Source: Monocercomonoides exilis PA203 (taxonomy: Eukaryota; Protista; Preaxostyla). From it: a DNA stretch of 64,000 nucleotides. Numbering within the stretch: position 1 is the stretch's first letter; the number at the start of each line of letters is the position of its first letter. Below are positions 38,865-52,076 of this stretch, piece after piece. Position numbers and translations under genes: made by a program. The stretch spans positions 186,001 to 250,000 of the forward strand of contig LSRY02000015.1 in assembly GCA_001643675.2 (NCBI GenBank). Reading direction: 5' to 3'. The notes below the pieces were generated by a model. It worked only from the letters and a program-made list of their open reading frames with translations, searched no databases and was not told the origin of the DNA.

Positions 38865-39800
38865 AATTATTAACAAAATAATCAGAAATATCAAATGGCA
38901 ATTAACAATAATAATTTCTGTTAAGAAAATAAAACATTTCATAAAAACTAGCAATGCAATCTTCATAACCCCTTTCTTCCATCTTTTCAAATACTTTCCT
39001 CTTCACCTTTTTTCTTTTCGCTTCTTCCAATTCATCCTCCTCTTCTTCTTTCAACTTCCTTGAAGTGTTCATAAAGAACAGAAAGAAGTCAATTGTCATC
39101 TTGTAATCCAATGTTGACTGCTGAATCTCCTCCAAAACGAGATCAATCGTTCCGTCTTTCAACAAGCCATCAACTGACATATCTTTGCCATCAGCTGCTG
39201 CTTCAAATAAAGAAACACATTGATCGCAAAGATCTCTGTTATTTTCCTTTGCTGCTCGGAATACTTTCACAGTGCCGCAGATAAGCTCAACAATTTCTTC
39301 ATGCCACAACTGACAGTGTTCCAGGAAAAACGCCAACGTTCGAAGCCATCGCTTGAAGATTTTCTCTTCTCCACTTTCTTTTTCTCCTTCCTCCTCCTCG
39401 TTTCTCTTCCAATCAACATATCTTGTCAGCTCTTCCAGTTCTCGTGCTGCCTCTCTCGCAAAGTGAAGTTCGTTCACAATAACATCTTCCAAATCCTCAT
39501 CGTAAAATAATCGGTCGATTAAAAACTGCCAAGCAGATTGATATGCAAGTCAGGTGAGGTTGTGATGCTCCTGATGATGCTTGATAATCTTTTTGATCTC
39601 CTTCAAATACAGTTTTTGTTCAACATACTAAAAATAAAAACGAGAAAGAAATTTTTAAATCCACTAAAATGATATAATTTCATACTGTAAAATAGCTAAT
39701 ATTGCGCAAAGCCAATAATGTCATTTCCACTTCTTTCTGAGTCTACTTGCATTCCTCTTTCTTCATCGCAATTTTCCAGCTCAGATAACAATTCTTCAAA
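38865..39800 (-). pseudogene. Truncated paralogue of the 35185-36617 family
   Basis: HHNLT*LAYQSAW (in-frame TGA at ~39550), KVFEKMEERGYED; 5' part is degraded. Confidence 0.7.
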
Positions 39801-40769
39801 AATAATGAAAGAAAAAAGGAAAGAAACTCCATCATCATAATCTTAAAAATAACTATGATCACAAACCTGCAAACATTTGATAGGTGTTCATTCGCTGCAT
39901 TTCGGCAAGCGACGCATTCAGAAAACATCCATGATTTATCATTCATATCGAATGTGCACACGTTTGGATTGAGAAAATAGATGAGAAATAAAAATACTCA
40001 AAATAGCCCTATAAATATATGTATTTATACTGTTCTATCTTGTATTGACATTTTTGATTTATTACAAATGAGAAAACCAGCGTTTCAGATCGCACAGTTA
40101 TATTATAATGGTATCTTTGATCAAAATGACACACATATTAATTAATCTCTTCTTGATGTCGATTCGAATGTGAATTTTAACTGCAAAATAGAAACATAAC
40201 TTTTAGTGTATTCCTGAATAAGAGGAAGCGTTTCACCCATGCAGAATTTGAGAATGATAGCTAAATTCGTTAAACAATTTTGAAGGAAAAAAGATAATAA
40301 TAATGTTCATAATTGAAAATGTCTGACATTTTAAAATGTGTTGAAAGTTGAATAGTTTATTGAATTTTTCGATAAAATAAATAGGAGACAATATAAAGTG
40401 TTAGATATTCACTTTGAAAAAAAACAAAGAAATGAGTACAAAGCAATTCAATTCAGTATTGTTCAACAATAAAGCTAACTATTGAATAAATGAAATTTAT
40501 TGAGGCATAATGAAACTTGAAGGACATCAATGAAACTGAATAATATACATTTACTATCAATTTTTTATAATTAAAGATAGTTCAAAATGTGTGAAATAAA
40601 TGGATAAATTGACAAGGAAGTTTTTTCAAAAAAAGAAAATAATAGCCAAAACTTATAGAATTCAAAACACACACAATATTTTATCCTCATGTTTTGTCTC
40701 TATTTCGTAATTTAAATGAATGCATAAGTTAGTTGTCTTTGCAAAAATATTCTTATTTATTCAGAAAAG

Positions 40770-41011
40770 TGTCTATATTATTTTGAAAAGTTCCTTTTGT
40801 TCAATTTTCGAATAAAATAAAAATTTCATATTTTGATAAAATTTATGTTAACACTCGCGAAACTTCGCTGTAATGAAAACAAATTCAAGACAATGTTTAT
40901 ATTTCCATTTCAGTGAAGTTTCGTGAGTGTAAACATAAATTTTATCAAAATATGAAAATTTTATTTTATTTGAAAATTAAACAAAAGGAACATTTCAAAA
41001 AAATTTAGACA
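40770..41011. mobile_element. ~240-bp foldback MITE
   Basis: Arms of ~100 bp pair along most of their length (tgtctatattattttgaaaagttccttttgt... / ...acaaaaggaacatttcaaaaaaatttagaca); sister copy at 54096-54339. Confidence 0.85.
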
Positions 41012-41837
41012 AGTCTTATTTCGAGAGAATTTTTAATTTGAATATTTCCAATCAAAGTCATCATAGGATCACTATTTTTTGTTTTTAACTATTTTCTTCC
41101 TCACTTAAAAAAAAACATTTTTATTTTTTTTTATCCTTTCATATCAAAGGGATTATAATTATCAAAAATATCTTCATTTTTTCTTGAAAAAACAAAATAG
41201 TGAAAAATAACTTATATGCTTTTGGTTGCAGCATACCCTTATTGATTCTCTTATTTCGTAAGAAATTATATTAAATGAGTAGTTCTTTTTGAATAGTCGC
41301 TAATGTGTAATATCAAGGTTTAATATTAATGTTCCTTATTTGTTCGCATTTTGCAATTTATCCATCAAACTTTATCACTTTGTAAATTTGAATAAAACAT
41401 TTATGTGGTATGAGTGTAAGTGCAAAATTTCAAAGTTTGATGGATATAAAACAAAAAACAATCGAATCTGGTGTGTTCTGATTTAACAAAGTTTTTTTCA
41501 TTTTTGACTTTTCAAAAAAAAAAACTAAAATAATTTTTTTTAATGATTTGTATTGCAAATACAAAAGAAAGAGATAACAACTTTCAAAATACTTGTGAAA
41601 TTGAGTTTTTGTGTTTAAAAGAAAAAACTCACATTTGTCATAATAAATTATAACAGCAAAATTTTCATCATTCCTCAAACATTCATTTTTTTATTTCAAA
41701 ATTTTTTTAAATAAATCATTCGTTAAAATTATCGTTCAAAAAACTTTTTATATTTTTCGTTATATTTGTTTTATTTTCTAAATATTATTATTAAAAGATG
41801 TATCCCAAAAAAAATATCTGAAAATGATACTTTAATT

Positions 41838-41842
<5 letters not shown>

Positions 41843-41892
<50 letters not shown>
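41843..41892. repeat. ~50-nt poly-A run
   Basis: Seen directly. Confidence 0.9.
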
Positions 41893-41893
<1 letters not shown>

Positions 41894-42369
41894 AATTCAT
41901 AATTATTTGTTTTCCATAAACAATTGTATTTGTTGTTGTTGCAATTCTTCGAATCTTTTTCATGAGTCGTCATTTTACAAAATTTGAAAAGAATGCAATT
42001 ATCCACACTTTAAAAAAACATTTGGGGGATGATATGTACTTTCAAGCTTTTAATGCGCAAAGCAATATAAATTTGTTTCACTTATGACATTTTTTAACTT
42101 AACCACATTTCAAAATAAATTTTATTTACATTTCTGTCAACAAACATCGTTGATATAATCACATAATGTTTTTTAACCTCACATATATTTCAGAAAATTA
42201 ACCCATTTATTTCAAATTTTCAGATAACAAGAAGTCAATGAAAAATTCATAATTTTTTGATGAAAATGACTGAAGTCAAATATTTTGTCCCATTTGATTT
42301 CAAAAATTTCGACCAGTCAAAATTCTTTAAGAAAAAACAATAAAGTGATCATTATAGATTTATTCGTTT

Positions 42370-45300
42370 GAAAAGATAACAAACATTTCATTCCTTCTTT
42401 TTCTGTTGAGAGATGCCACTTAATATGTCATGTCCCTTGAAGCTAGAAAATTTATGGTGATAAGAAATTATCATAGAATAAATTGCGCAATGAAAACCAT
42501 GTTTGTGCAAGCAGAAAAAAAAATTCAAAAAAAAAATGAAAAACTTTGATTCCAGAAAACAAACATCTAAAAGGTGTTGGTGACAAAAGTGGTGTTCAAA
42601 GAGTGGAAATTAATTATTTGTTTTCTATTCTAATAAAAATGAATAACATTTTAATTGTCAAGAAAACCGCCATCAATTTCTTTTCTTCTTTAGAAAAGAA
42701 AAGACTATGCAGGAAGATGTAACTTTGTTATTTCGACTTCCACAGAATGATCAGAAATCCTATATCTTTGATTCTCTTTTAGCTTATGCCCTTGTGCGAA
42801 TAAGGAAAATGAACTTTTCTTCTTCTTGTCTGTGCTATTCACTGTTCAATCCGTCTTGGGTTCCATCGTCCTCTCTATGCATTTGTGACTTCTTTCCTCT
42901 TGTCCTTGTCATCCTGGCAGTCTTCGTTTTCACCTCTTCCACCAACTCCTCCATAGAAGCCTCAACTTCTTCACACTTGGATTCTTTTTCTGAAAGGGCT
43001 CCATCAGTGGATTGTTCTCTTTTTTCTTCCTCTTCATCACTAACTATCGGACTTTCTTCCTTTTCACAGTCACCAATCTTCTGTTCCTTCATTGTTCCAG
43101 CAATTACTCGTGCCATTGACGATGCCAAATTAATTTTGAAATAGTGCTTAACAAGAGTATTTGTCTTCGGTGAAAGCCTAGCAAACTTGGCAATCTGTGA
43201 AGGCGGGATTCCTGCTATTGTTAATGTTGACAAGGTTGCTGCCTTAAAAGAGTACGGCTTGAATCTCTGAGGAACTCCTGCTTCCTTCATTGCATCCTTA
43301 GCAAACTTGCGGATACCCGAAGAAGTAAGCGGCTCGAATGTTGTTGTGTTGAGCAGAAGTTTGTTGCTGTTCTGTTTTTGTTTTGCCAGAAAATACAAGT
43401 CTTTTATTGCTGAAGTTGGACATATTTGTGGGAGTTCCGGAAGAAAAGGAACTGCAATCTCTGATCGTGTGTGTGATGTTTTCAACACTGTATCCAACTT
43501 CACACCTTCCTCGTCAAACTGAGAGTTCACCACGTTGACCCGCTCCAGTTCTGTAAATCTGCAGGCAGAGAAGAGCATTGTTAAGGTGATAACCTTCATT
43601 TTCAATGTATTGAATGATAACTTGTTGTTTGGGCCTAACTCGGTGAAGTATTTTAACAAAATATTCGGATTCCAAATCTCTGGAGCCATCTTCTTTCTTG
43701 ATGTGTCGTTTCTTTGGAATGCACGGAATAGGATCTTGATGATAGCAACATCTCCCAATGATGTATTGAAGGCTAGAACTGAATAAAATGACACTGCTGC
43801 TCTTATCATCTGTATTACAGAAACCTTGAAGCCTCAATTCTTCATTGTGTAAAAACAACCGCGTATCTGACGGTCCAGTCCGTCAAGTTGTCTAGTATAT
43901 GCCCATGGGCACACTTCTTCCACTGGTCTGAAAAGTGCGCGAAACAGAATAAATATCCATCCCATGTCGTTTGTGCAATTCCAGCCTTGCACTCCTCTGC
44001 GAGCTCCAAGGGGACATTTCTTTCATGAAGCGCGTGCAGTCACCAGGCTTCTCCTCTCTCCTTAATGGATTCAGTAGGATAACTTTCATCTTCCCCGGAG
44101 GAAGGCAGGCTCCCGTTTTCTTCATCAATGGTCACTCCCGAAGAATCTTGGAGCTGTAATTCAATTTCAAGCTGTAATAATTACTCGTTCGAAGTGGGAT
44201 GTTCCAATTCTAACCCTTCCAGCTCGGCAAAAGTATAATCGCTCGAGCATTCTCCATCTGAGCCTTTCGTATTACCATCGGAATCAGAGGTATCTGTGGA
44301 TGAGCTAGAACACATTCGTTGCTCCAAGGAACTGTCAATCCGTCTTCTGCAATTGGACTGCTCACTCCACACAATCTTTCCACTTTGTGATTGCGTTTAA
44401 ACGCAAAAGCATCGAGAGTCGGTCTCACTTTCAACTGTGCATGAACCTCTTCGAGTGCTTCGTCCTTTATCTCGTAGTCGCCTGCTCTTTCCAATCGAGA
44501 CAGCGCATCCGCTCTGTGGTTCTTTCTTCCTGGAAGATGTTGTGCTTTTATTGTCAGATTCCTCGCCTCCATCCATTTCCTTATCTTGCGAAGCACTGAA
44601 CGAAGATTCTTCCCCGCGTTCCAACGATTTATGTTGAAAACCACTGAGCTGTTGTCCGATTGATGCAAGAGACGAGATATTTTGTTGTCCTGAATTGTCT
44701 GAGAAAATAAGGAAGCGAAAGCTAAACAACTTGTTGTTCTCTGAAGTTGGACGATTGACAGCGGGCAGAGTGGGGGAATTTGGCGTGCCAATCCATTATG
44801 TTGTTGTTCACTCTGAATGTTGCACCCCATGCTGTTTCCGCAGCATCCGTTGTTAGCGTTGCTTAAGGAGAAAATACTGGTTGAAGTTGTCGAGGCTTGT
44901 TCAGGATCAACACACATTTGCATTTATGAATCTCCCTCAACACAATAGCATTCATCTTCATCATCCCGCTCCATCCACATATCTTGGCATTCTTCTGCAT
45001 GAGACGACGAAGAACTATGAGGTGAAGTGACGCATCCTGGTTTACGAATCTTACTGCGCTGAGCTTTCCAACTGCTGAGGCAAAATCCTTTATTCGAACT
45101 GTTTTGGCTCTTATTGCCTTCACTCTCCATTGACTCAGCATCGCTTTGGGAGATCCCAACCTCTCCTCGCACAATTGAACCGTGAATGCTTCCGTGTCCC
45201 ATGCAAACCCCAGAAAAGTGAACTTTCACCTCGGGATAAATGAACAATTGTACTTGTTGATAATCAAGCCCAGATTTTCCAAAAATCGAGTTACCTCGCT

Positions 45301-46630
45301 TGTGATTTCTTTCAACACGCTGAAATCGTGATGTTGGAGAATTAGATCGTCCAATCATGACATCACTCTCACATTCCGTCTTATTTTGGTTTTTGTTGAT
45401 AATTTCTTCAAAAATTTTGTGAAAAACCTTGGAGGATCTGAGTATCCGAACGGCATGTCGTTGAAAGCATAGTCGATGCCTTCGAATCTGAATGTGAGAT
45501 GTGGTCTGAGTTCGTTTGAAACCGGAATTTGACAGTTCGTTTGAGACAAATCCATTGCCACAACAAAGTCGTTCCTCATTCTCAACTTTTCTTCTGTTCT
45601 TTCATTCTCGCATTTGAAATGGATTTTGTCATTGCTGCTTTTTGTGTTCTACAATCAAAAAAATAGACTACGTGCTCCAGATTTCTTTAACATGATGAAA
45701 ATGTTGTAATGAAAATTTTCATCTATGTGAGGAATTCTGCTCACAATCCCTATTTCCAGCTGCTCCTTCAATTCCTTTTGAAAGGACATCCTTTGTTTCC
45801 TGCTCATTTGAGATTCTCCGTCCATGAATGTCATATTTCCCAAACAATTTTTTGCCATTCGATTGCACCAATGAGCCTAGACTCCATTTTTGATGAGATT
45901 TCCTCTGTTTATTTCTCATCCACTCTTGAATACAATTCGCTGTCCGACCTCATATCTTTTCTTCTTCTGGATTCTTTCTCGTCTGGTCTACTATTTATTA
46001 TTCTGAATTCCCGCGGTTCGTCCTGTTGTGTTTTTCTTCCAATACTTTTTTCTTGGTCCTGTGCTGCGAAATATGGACTATTGAAAATTTCTCTGAAAAA
46101 ATACCTTTTTCCTCAAGCTATTTGTTGCTTCGGATGATATTTTTGGAAGAAGAATCCTTTTTAATGAAAAATAAAAGAATGTGTGTCCCTGTTGTCTCTT
46201 CTGTTTTCTCGAGAATTCTACCAAAATGTGTATTTGGACCTGCGTCAAAAGTCTTCCTGCTGAAGCAGACTCCATTTTCTTTGCTTCCGCAAAACCAAAT
46301 CTTGCCTGAATTCGTTCTCTTCTTGCCTCCTGCATTGCTTGTGCAATCAGAATCAAGATGTCTTTTGCAATTTCATCAACGGCATCTGCCTTCATCTTGA
46401 TTCTTTGTATCGATAACAAAATGGCTTTGTAAGCAGGAATCAGATATCTCTCCGCTTATTCCCCCGCTTAATCCAATGCATCTTTATCCCAATATTCCGT
46501 TCAAACAGCTGCTGGAAGACTGTGGCCGATAATAGAGTTGAAATTGAGCTTATTACAGAATGAAGATACTTCGTTTATATTGGATCTTAAATATTTTTCA
46601 TCGAAAAGTGATATTGTTGGTTCAGCTTAT
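42370..46630 (-). mobile_element. DIRS-like tyrosine-recombinase retrotransposon copy 1 (degenerate, 5'-truncated)
   Basis: Gag fragment (EARRERIQARFGF), RT (DLSQ, MPFGYSDPPRFFTK, S*LDD), RNaseH (SDNSSVV, RADALSRLE), MT-like (LDAFA...AHPQ), YR 42835-43809; ITR-like motif at ~42390-42436. Confidence 0.9.
42835..43809 (-). CDS. Tyrosine recombinase (catalytic part) of DIRS copy 1
   Basis: SACRFTEL, LKTS, PYSFKAA, FARLSP, KHYF. Confidence 0.8.
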   Translation of the reverse strand: MIRAAVSFYSVLAFNTSLGDVAIIKILFRAFQRNDTSRKKMAPEIWNPNILLKYFTELGPNNKLSFNTLKMKVITLTMLFSACRFTELERVNVVNSQFDEEGVKLDTVLKTSHTRSEIAVPFLPELPQICPTSAIKDLYFLAKQKQNSNKLLLNTTTFEPLTSSGIRKFAKDAMKEAGVPQRFKPYSFKAATLSTLTIAGIPPSQIAKFARLSPKTNTLVKHYFKINLASSMARVIAGTMKEQKIGDCEKEESPIVSDEEEEKREQSTDGALSEKESKCEEVEASMEELVEEVKTKTARMTRTRGKKSQMHREDDGTQDGLNSE

Positions 46631-47799
46631 ACCTCTGTGACATGACAAGAGAAAATTGAAAAAATGACAAAATGACTGACATGATATTAAGGACTTGTCA
46701 AAAAGGGTAATTTATAACAATTTCATAATTCTTAATAACGAAAATAATGAATTTGAAAATCTTCATGAAATAATTCTTATTATTTTGTAAAAATCAAAAT
46801 CAAAATAAAATGTTTAGGTTCCCAATATTTATTTTATTTGACACGAAATGTCAGTTGAGGAATATTCTTGTCACAATTTGTCATTGACAGTCACTGACAA
46901 TAAAGAAAAAACAACCAGATATTACAAATGCTATCAACAAATCTTTTCCATAGTGCTTTGAAAAGTCATTATAAGTTTCAGCAATAGTTTATTTAATATA
47001 AATTTTAAAAATATGTATATATATGGGTCATTCTTTTTGAAAAGTCGCAACCGTTTAACTGATCTGAAAATCAGATCATAAATGATCAAATAATTTTGAT
47101 CATTCCGTTCCCAAAATATTAAGAGAAATATTTTGTATTATTGTTTATTACACTGATTCACAAATATTAAGTTTCAATAACACCAGCATCATATGAAGTT
47201 TTTATTTTTTTATCATGCTTTTGCAGGAAAATGCCCTTTTTGTTGATATAAGAGACAAACAATAATAAAAAGTTATTTTCCGTTTTTTCACTTCATCCAT
47301 TTGAGTGAACATTTTTATTTTTTGAATATCAATATTACTTTTTCCATTTCACTTTGTTAGAAATTGAATTGATAAAAAAAGCTTGCATTGGAATAAAATT
47401 CTTTAAACTAATAATTATAAAAAATTCGTCAATTCATTGCTTTTAAAAATTGAATTGTATTTTAATAGTTGAGTGCATAGACAAAAGTTTGAATTAATGC
47501 TGAAATATGAAAAGAAACAAGCAATTTTTCATTGTACAGCATATGGAAATGATTTGAAAAAAATGAACTTGTTTCATAATTTTTGATTCAAATCATGAAT
47601 CACATCCTGAATTGTTTCATTTCCACAATTGCATTATGTATCATATCATTTCAACTGAATTCATCATCTGAAGAAATCCTCCTCAATAATTTCTTTATTT
47701 AAAACATCTCTTCTCTGTTGTGTATTGACGCATCATTCTTGAATGCAAATATTGCTTTTGTACAGTTTTTGGAGCAACCTTCGATTACAAAGCCTTTTT

Positions 47800-48800
47800 A
47801 ACAAAAATCTTCTTGCGGCCCGGATTGTGCGTCAGTTGTCTCTTCGCTCTTTGCATCCATCTTCTTCTTCATCATCGTCACATCTTCTTTTTCGAGAGAG
47901 AGATAAGCACTCATGTATTCTTTGCTATTTCTGTGATTGAGGAGCGAAGAGAAGACAAAAGCATGAGATGATAAGCCATCTTAATCTTTATCTTCATCAT
48001 CAGCTCGTGCGATTGACTCTTCGGATGCATCGGAGGTGGCGGAATCATTCACGTTGGAAGCAGCGATGAATTACATCGAGAGGCGGCTGCGGATTGCAGT
48101 GCCAGAGGCGACTGGGGTGTATGGGCGGCATATGCCGCTGTCGCTGCAGCTGCTGCTGTCGCTGCGGGTGCTGCAGACGCTGCGGGGATATGTTGTTGCA
48201 CTTTCTGTGATGCTTTCAGTTCAGGTAGTTGCCCAGCTTCCGTCGCTTGTAGCGTCGGTGGGAACGAAGTTGGGGAGCAAGCGGATCTTTGCAGCTGCAG
48301 GTGTGAATGCGTTCCCGACAATCAAAGATCTGTCAAACTCTTCAATGCAGATATGGTGTGTCTCAGATGTAATCTTTGGTGGTGAAGCTGTATGACGAGG
48401 TGATGGGGCGAGGGGTTGCATTGCGTGAAGTGGGAGAGATTGTGGAGAAAAGAATGGAGTCAGAGGGGCTGAGGATGGAGGATGCGGTTCTGTCGCCAGA
48501 AGCGATTGAGCTGGCGGTGCTGAAGGAGCTCGAAGAGGCAGAGGAATGTGAAGGGTTTGAGACAAAAGGCGGCTTTCCGATAGCGCGCAGAGAGTTCGTA
48601 AAAAAACAATCCAAAGAGAATCACAGGTAGATGGAAGAAGCGATGACGCCGTAGATTGTGGAGGCGCTTGGTTTGGCTTGACTGAGGTTTGTGAAAGTGA
48701 AGAAATAGACAGTGATTTCCTCGGAGCGTCGTCTGCCACAGATGATGTACTCTGCACTCGCTTTGCGTGCCTGCTGTGTTACATTGAAATACGTGAGAAA
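47800..48800 (+). pseudogene. Degenerate paralogue of the 33391-34533 family
   Basis: YIERRLRIAVPEATGVY, KRIFAAA, GRGVALREVGEIVEK; stops and frameshifts. Confidence 0.7.
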
Positions 48801-48987
48801 TAAGAATGTTACAGTAGGAAAAGAATATGAGTGTTTGAGTATTTCTTTAATGAAAAGTCGAATTGAAATAACTGAAGATGTTTAGCAGTTGTGAAAATCA
48901 GTTGATCGTTTGACAATAATTGAGGGAAAAGGCAAATGCGATGAAGAAGTTGGGCAAGAAAGTTGTTATTTTTGAGCTGAGTGAAAC

Positions 48988-49055
48988 ATGAAGAAGAAGA
49001 TGATGATGATGAAGAAAGTGAAGAAGAAAGCGATGAAAATAAAGATAAAGATGGA

Positions 49056-49096
<41 letters not shown>

Positions 49097-49259
49097 GGAA
49101 GAAGAGGAAGAAGAGGAAGAAGAGGAAGAAGAGGAAGAAGAAGAAGAAGTTGAAGAAGAGGAAGAAGAGGAAGAAGAGGAAGAAGAGGAAGAAGAGGAAG
49201 AAGAGGAAGAAGAGGAAGAAGAGGAAGAAGAGGAAGAAGAGGAAGAAGAGGAAGAAGAG

Positions 49260-49295
<36 letters not shown>

Positions 49296-49830
49296 AGAAG
49301 AGGAAAGAAAACAAAAGGAAGAGGAGGAGAGGAAAAAGAAGATAAAAGAAGAAGAAGAAGAGAAAGAAAGGATTAGATTGAAGAAAGAAGAAGAAGAAAG
49401 AAAAAGAAAGGATGAAGAAGAGAAAAAGAAGAAACTGGAGGAAGAAAGAAGAAGAAAAGAATTGGAAGAAAAGAAGAGGAAAGATGAAGAAAAGAAAAAG
49501 AAGGAAGAGGAAAGAAAACGAAAGGAAGAAGAGAAAAAGAAGAAAGAAGAAGAAGAAAGAATTGAAAGAAAAGAGGCTGAAAGAAAGAGAAAAGAAGAAG
49601 AGGAAAAGAAAAGAAGAGGAAGAAGAGGAAGAAGAGGAAGAAAAAGAAGAAGAAGGTGAAGAATAAGAATAAGAATAAGAAAAAGAATAAGAATAAGAAG
49701 AAGAAAAAAAAAAGAAGAAGAAGAAGAAGAAAAAGAAAAAAAAAAAAAGAAGAAGAAGAAGAAGAAGAATAAGAATAAGAAAAAGAATAAGAAAAAGAAA
49801 AAGAAAATTTAAATTAGAAGAAGAAGGATT
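48988..49830 (+). repeat. Purine-rich low-complexity tract ((GAAGAAGAG)n poly-E, E/K/R-rich, (AAGAAT)n)
   Basis: Seen directly; frame breaks between the poly-E and EKR segments. Confidence 0.9.
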
Positions 49831-52076
49831 AATAGTTTTCTGAACCAATTGGAGGAAGAAGGAAAGAGGAAGATGTGAGCAAAGATTGGCTTTGGGGTTT
49901 AATTTGCGATTGAGTTTGAAGTAAAGTGTTGGATTTTCCTTCTTTTGATAATGATGCAATATTCATTGAAGAATATGAAGAAGAAGAAGAAGAAGAATTC
50001 TATCAGAAAATCGGTATGTTTGTGGTTTTCCTATAATGTGTAGATTGACGATCTGTGCGCTGATCCAAAAAAACCCTGCGGTTGAAGTGGACGCAAATTG
50101 CAGATGGGCAGACTTTGGATGTGCAGGACGAGATGAACATGCAGCTTTTGAGAAGCCGGCTGGTTGTACGTGTGAAATGGCGGAGATCTTGCTAAGGCTC
50201 AACGACGAAGAGGTATTTGGCTCTGGAGTATTTGGAGATCTTGGTTCCACATGTGATAAGGAATGGTGTAAATATAAAGAAGGCAAAGGTGAGAGACTTT
50301 ACCGATAAGTTTTGTACGCTTGTCGATGGGATCGAGGAAAAGCAGAGAAGTGTGAGTTTGGTTGTGGTATCTGAATAGGTTGAAAGCAGCTGATAAGTCA
50401 TGCGAACACATATATCCGGCTTTATCTTTGAAAGCTGTGCTGTGAAGTGGCAGCATCTGTTGGAAAGAAACGCAAATGATTTGGTCACAACTTTAACGAC
50501 ATCGGAAGAGATATTTGAGGTGACACAAAGGTGAAACAAAAAAGCAGAAGAAGACAATGAAAAGAAGATTCTGGTCAACAGAACAGCGATGAAGCTTGCG
50601 CATGTGTTTGGTCGAGTGTTTGCGGGGCGCTTGATACCGAGACGCAGCTGACCGGGTTGGAAGAGGTGAGACAGGCAGAGGTGCAGACAGCGAAGGAGCA
50701 GGAATCGTTCAACGCATTAGACAAGAAGCTCGGAGCAGAAGAGGAGTTCATTCAGAGAAGGCAGTCGAATGATATGTGCCGGTCGATCAATGAAGTTGCG
50801 ATACTTCGTGGGCCATTGCAGATTGTCCGCGCTTTTTCAGCGGCTGCTCAGATGGGTGTTCCGATGTTGTTGAAGATGGTGGCAGAGAAAGTGTATTATG
50901 CCTTTATCTCTTCTTCTTCTGCTGCTTTATCTTCTGCATGTGCTAATATTTCTTTTAGTGGTATTAAGGAAGAGATAACGCATGTTGCGAAGTTTCAGGA
51001 GGTGAAACATTCGAAGAAGTTGATAGAGAAATAATATCATCACGTAGCGTCTTTTTTAACTGATTTAAATGAGCGGAGCCATTTCTATCCAGATAATGCG
51101 AAGAATCTGCTTGCGGGAGCAGAAGAAGGGATAGCACATGATATTCGTGGGTGTGTGAGGGTTCTTCCTTTTGTGCCAGCAAATACGATAAAATGCGCAG
51201 ATTATTTTACGACTGGGGAGTTTTCAGAAGGGTTTAAAGATGTTAGTATGTGACCGGCTTCTATGGAGAAGCCATATGAGATTATCAAATGACGAGGAAG
51301 TTCTGCAATTTGTAGCAAAAACACAGCAACTATGCTGTATGTGAAGGATATGGAGATTGTCGATGAAAAGAAAGAAGAAGAAGAAGGAAAAGAAAAAGAA
51401 GAGAAGAAAGAGTTGGAGTTATATGGGCAAGACAAACTCGCGGAGATGAAACAGATGATTGTGCAAGAGTTTGCGTTTGATGTTAATGAAGTGTGAAAAG
51501 TGAATGAGAAAGGGAAGAAGGCGAGGAAGAATGCGGAGGAAGATAAGATGCATGCAGTTCTGGAGCATGTGTAATACGTGGTGTTGTTGAGTACGATATC
51601 AGCGCAGAGGTTGGTGGATGTGAGGATGCAAGTTTCTTGTAGGTTTGGTCCCGCTTCAAACTGGTTGTGCAAGGAAAACATAGAGCATTGTTCTGGAAGA
51701 GTGTGGAACACAGATGCTGCAATATGTATTTTATTTCTCGAGGAGGGGGAGTTTGTGCATTTCCCTGCGCAGGTGGTGATGCTGGATCTGTTGTGCGCAG
51801 CAGCCGAGAGGAAGGGAACAAGGTGATGGTGGAATCAGAATGGAGGATGCTGGAGGCAGAGCGGAGAGATTGGTGTGATGTGTTGAAGGAGGCGGGAAAG
51901 AAATGTCGCTGGAGTTTCTGGAGAAGGAGAACCTGCACCGAGCAGATGTGGACATGCCGATGATATTGTGGCGGTTGGAGGAGAAGAGTGTGTTTGAGAG
52001 CGTGATTGGGTGATGTTGCCAGTGTGTTAAGTGGACGGTGACGAAGGAAGAGGTGTGTGTGCAAGAGAATCGCCCG

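Noticed and set aside
48898-49959. 353-aa Leu/Phe-rich 'membrane protein'
   Set aside because: Artefact of the reverse complement of GAA-type repeats
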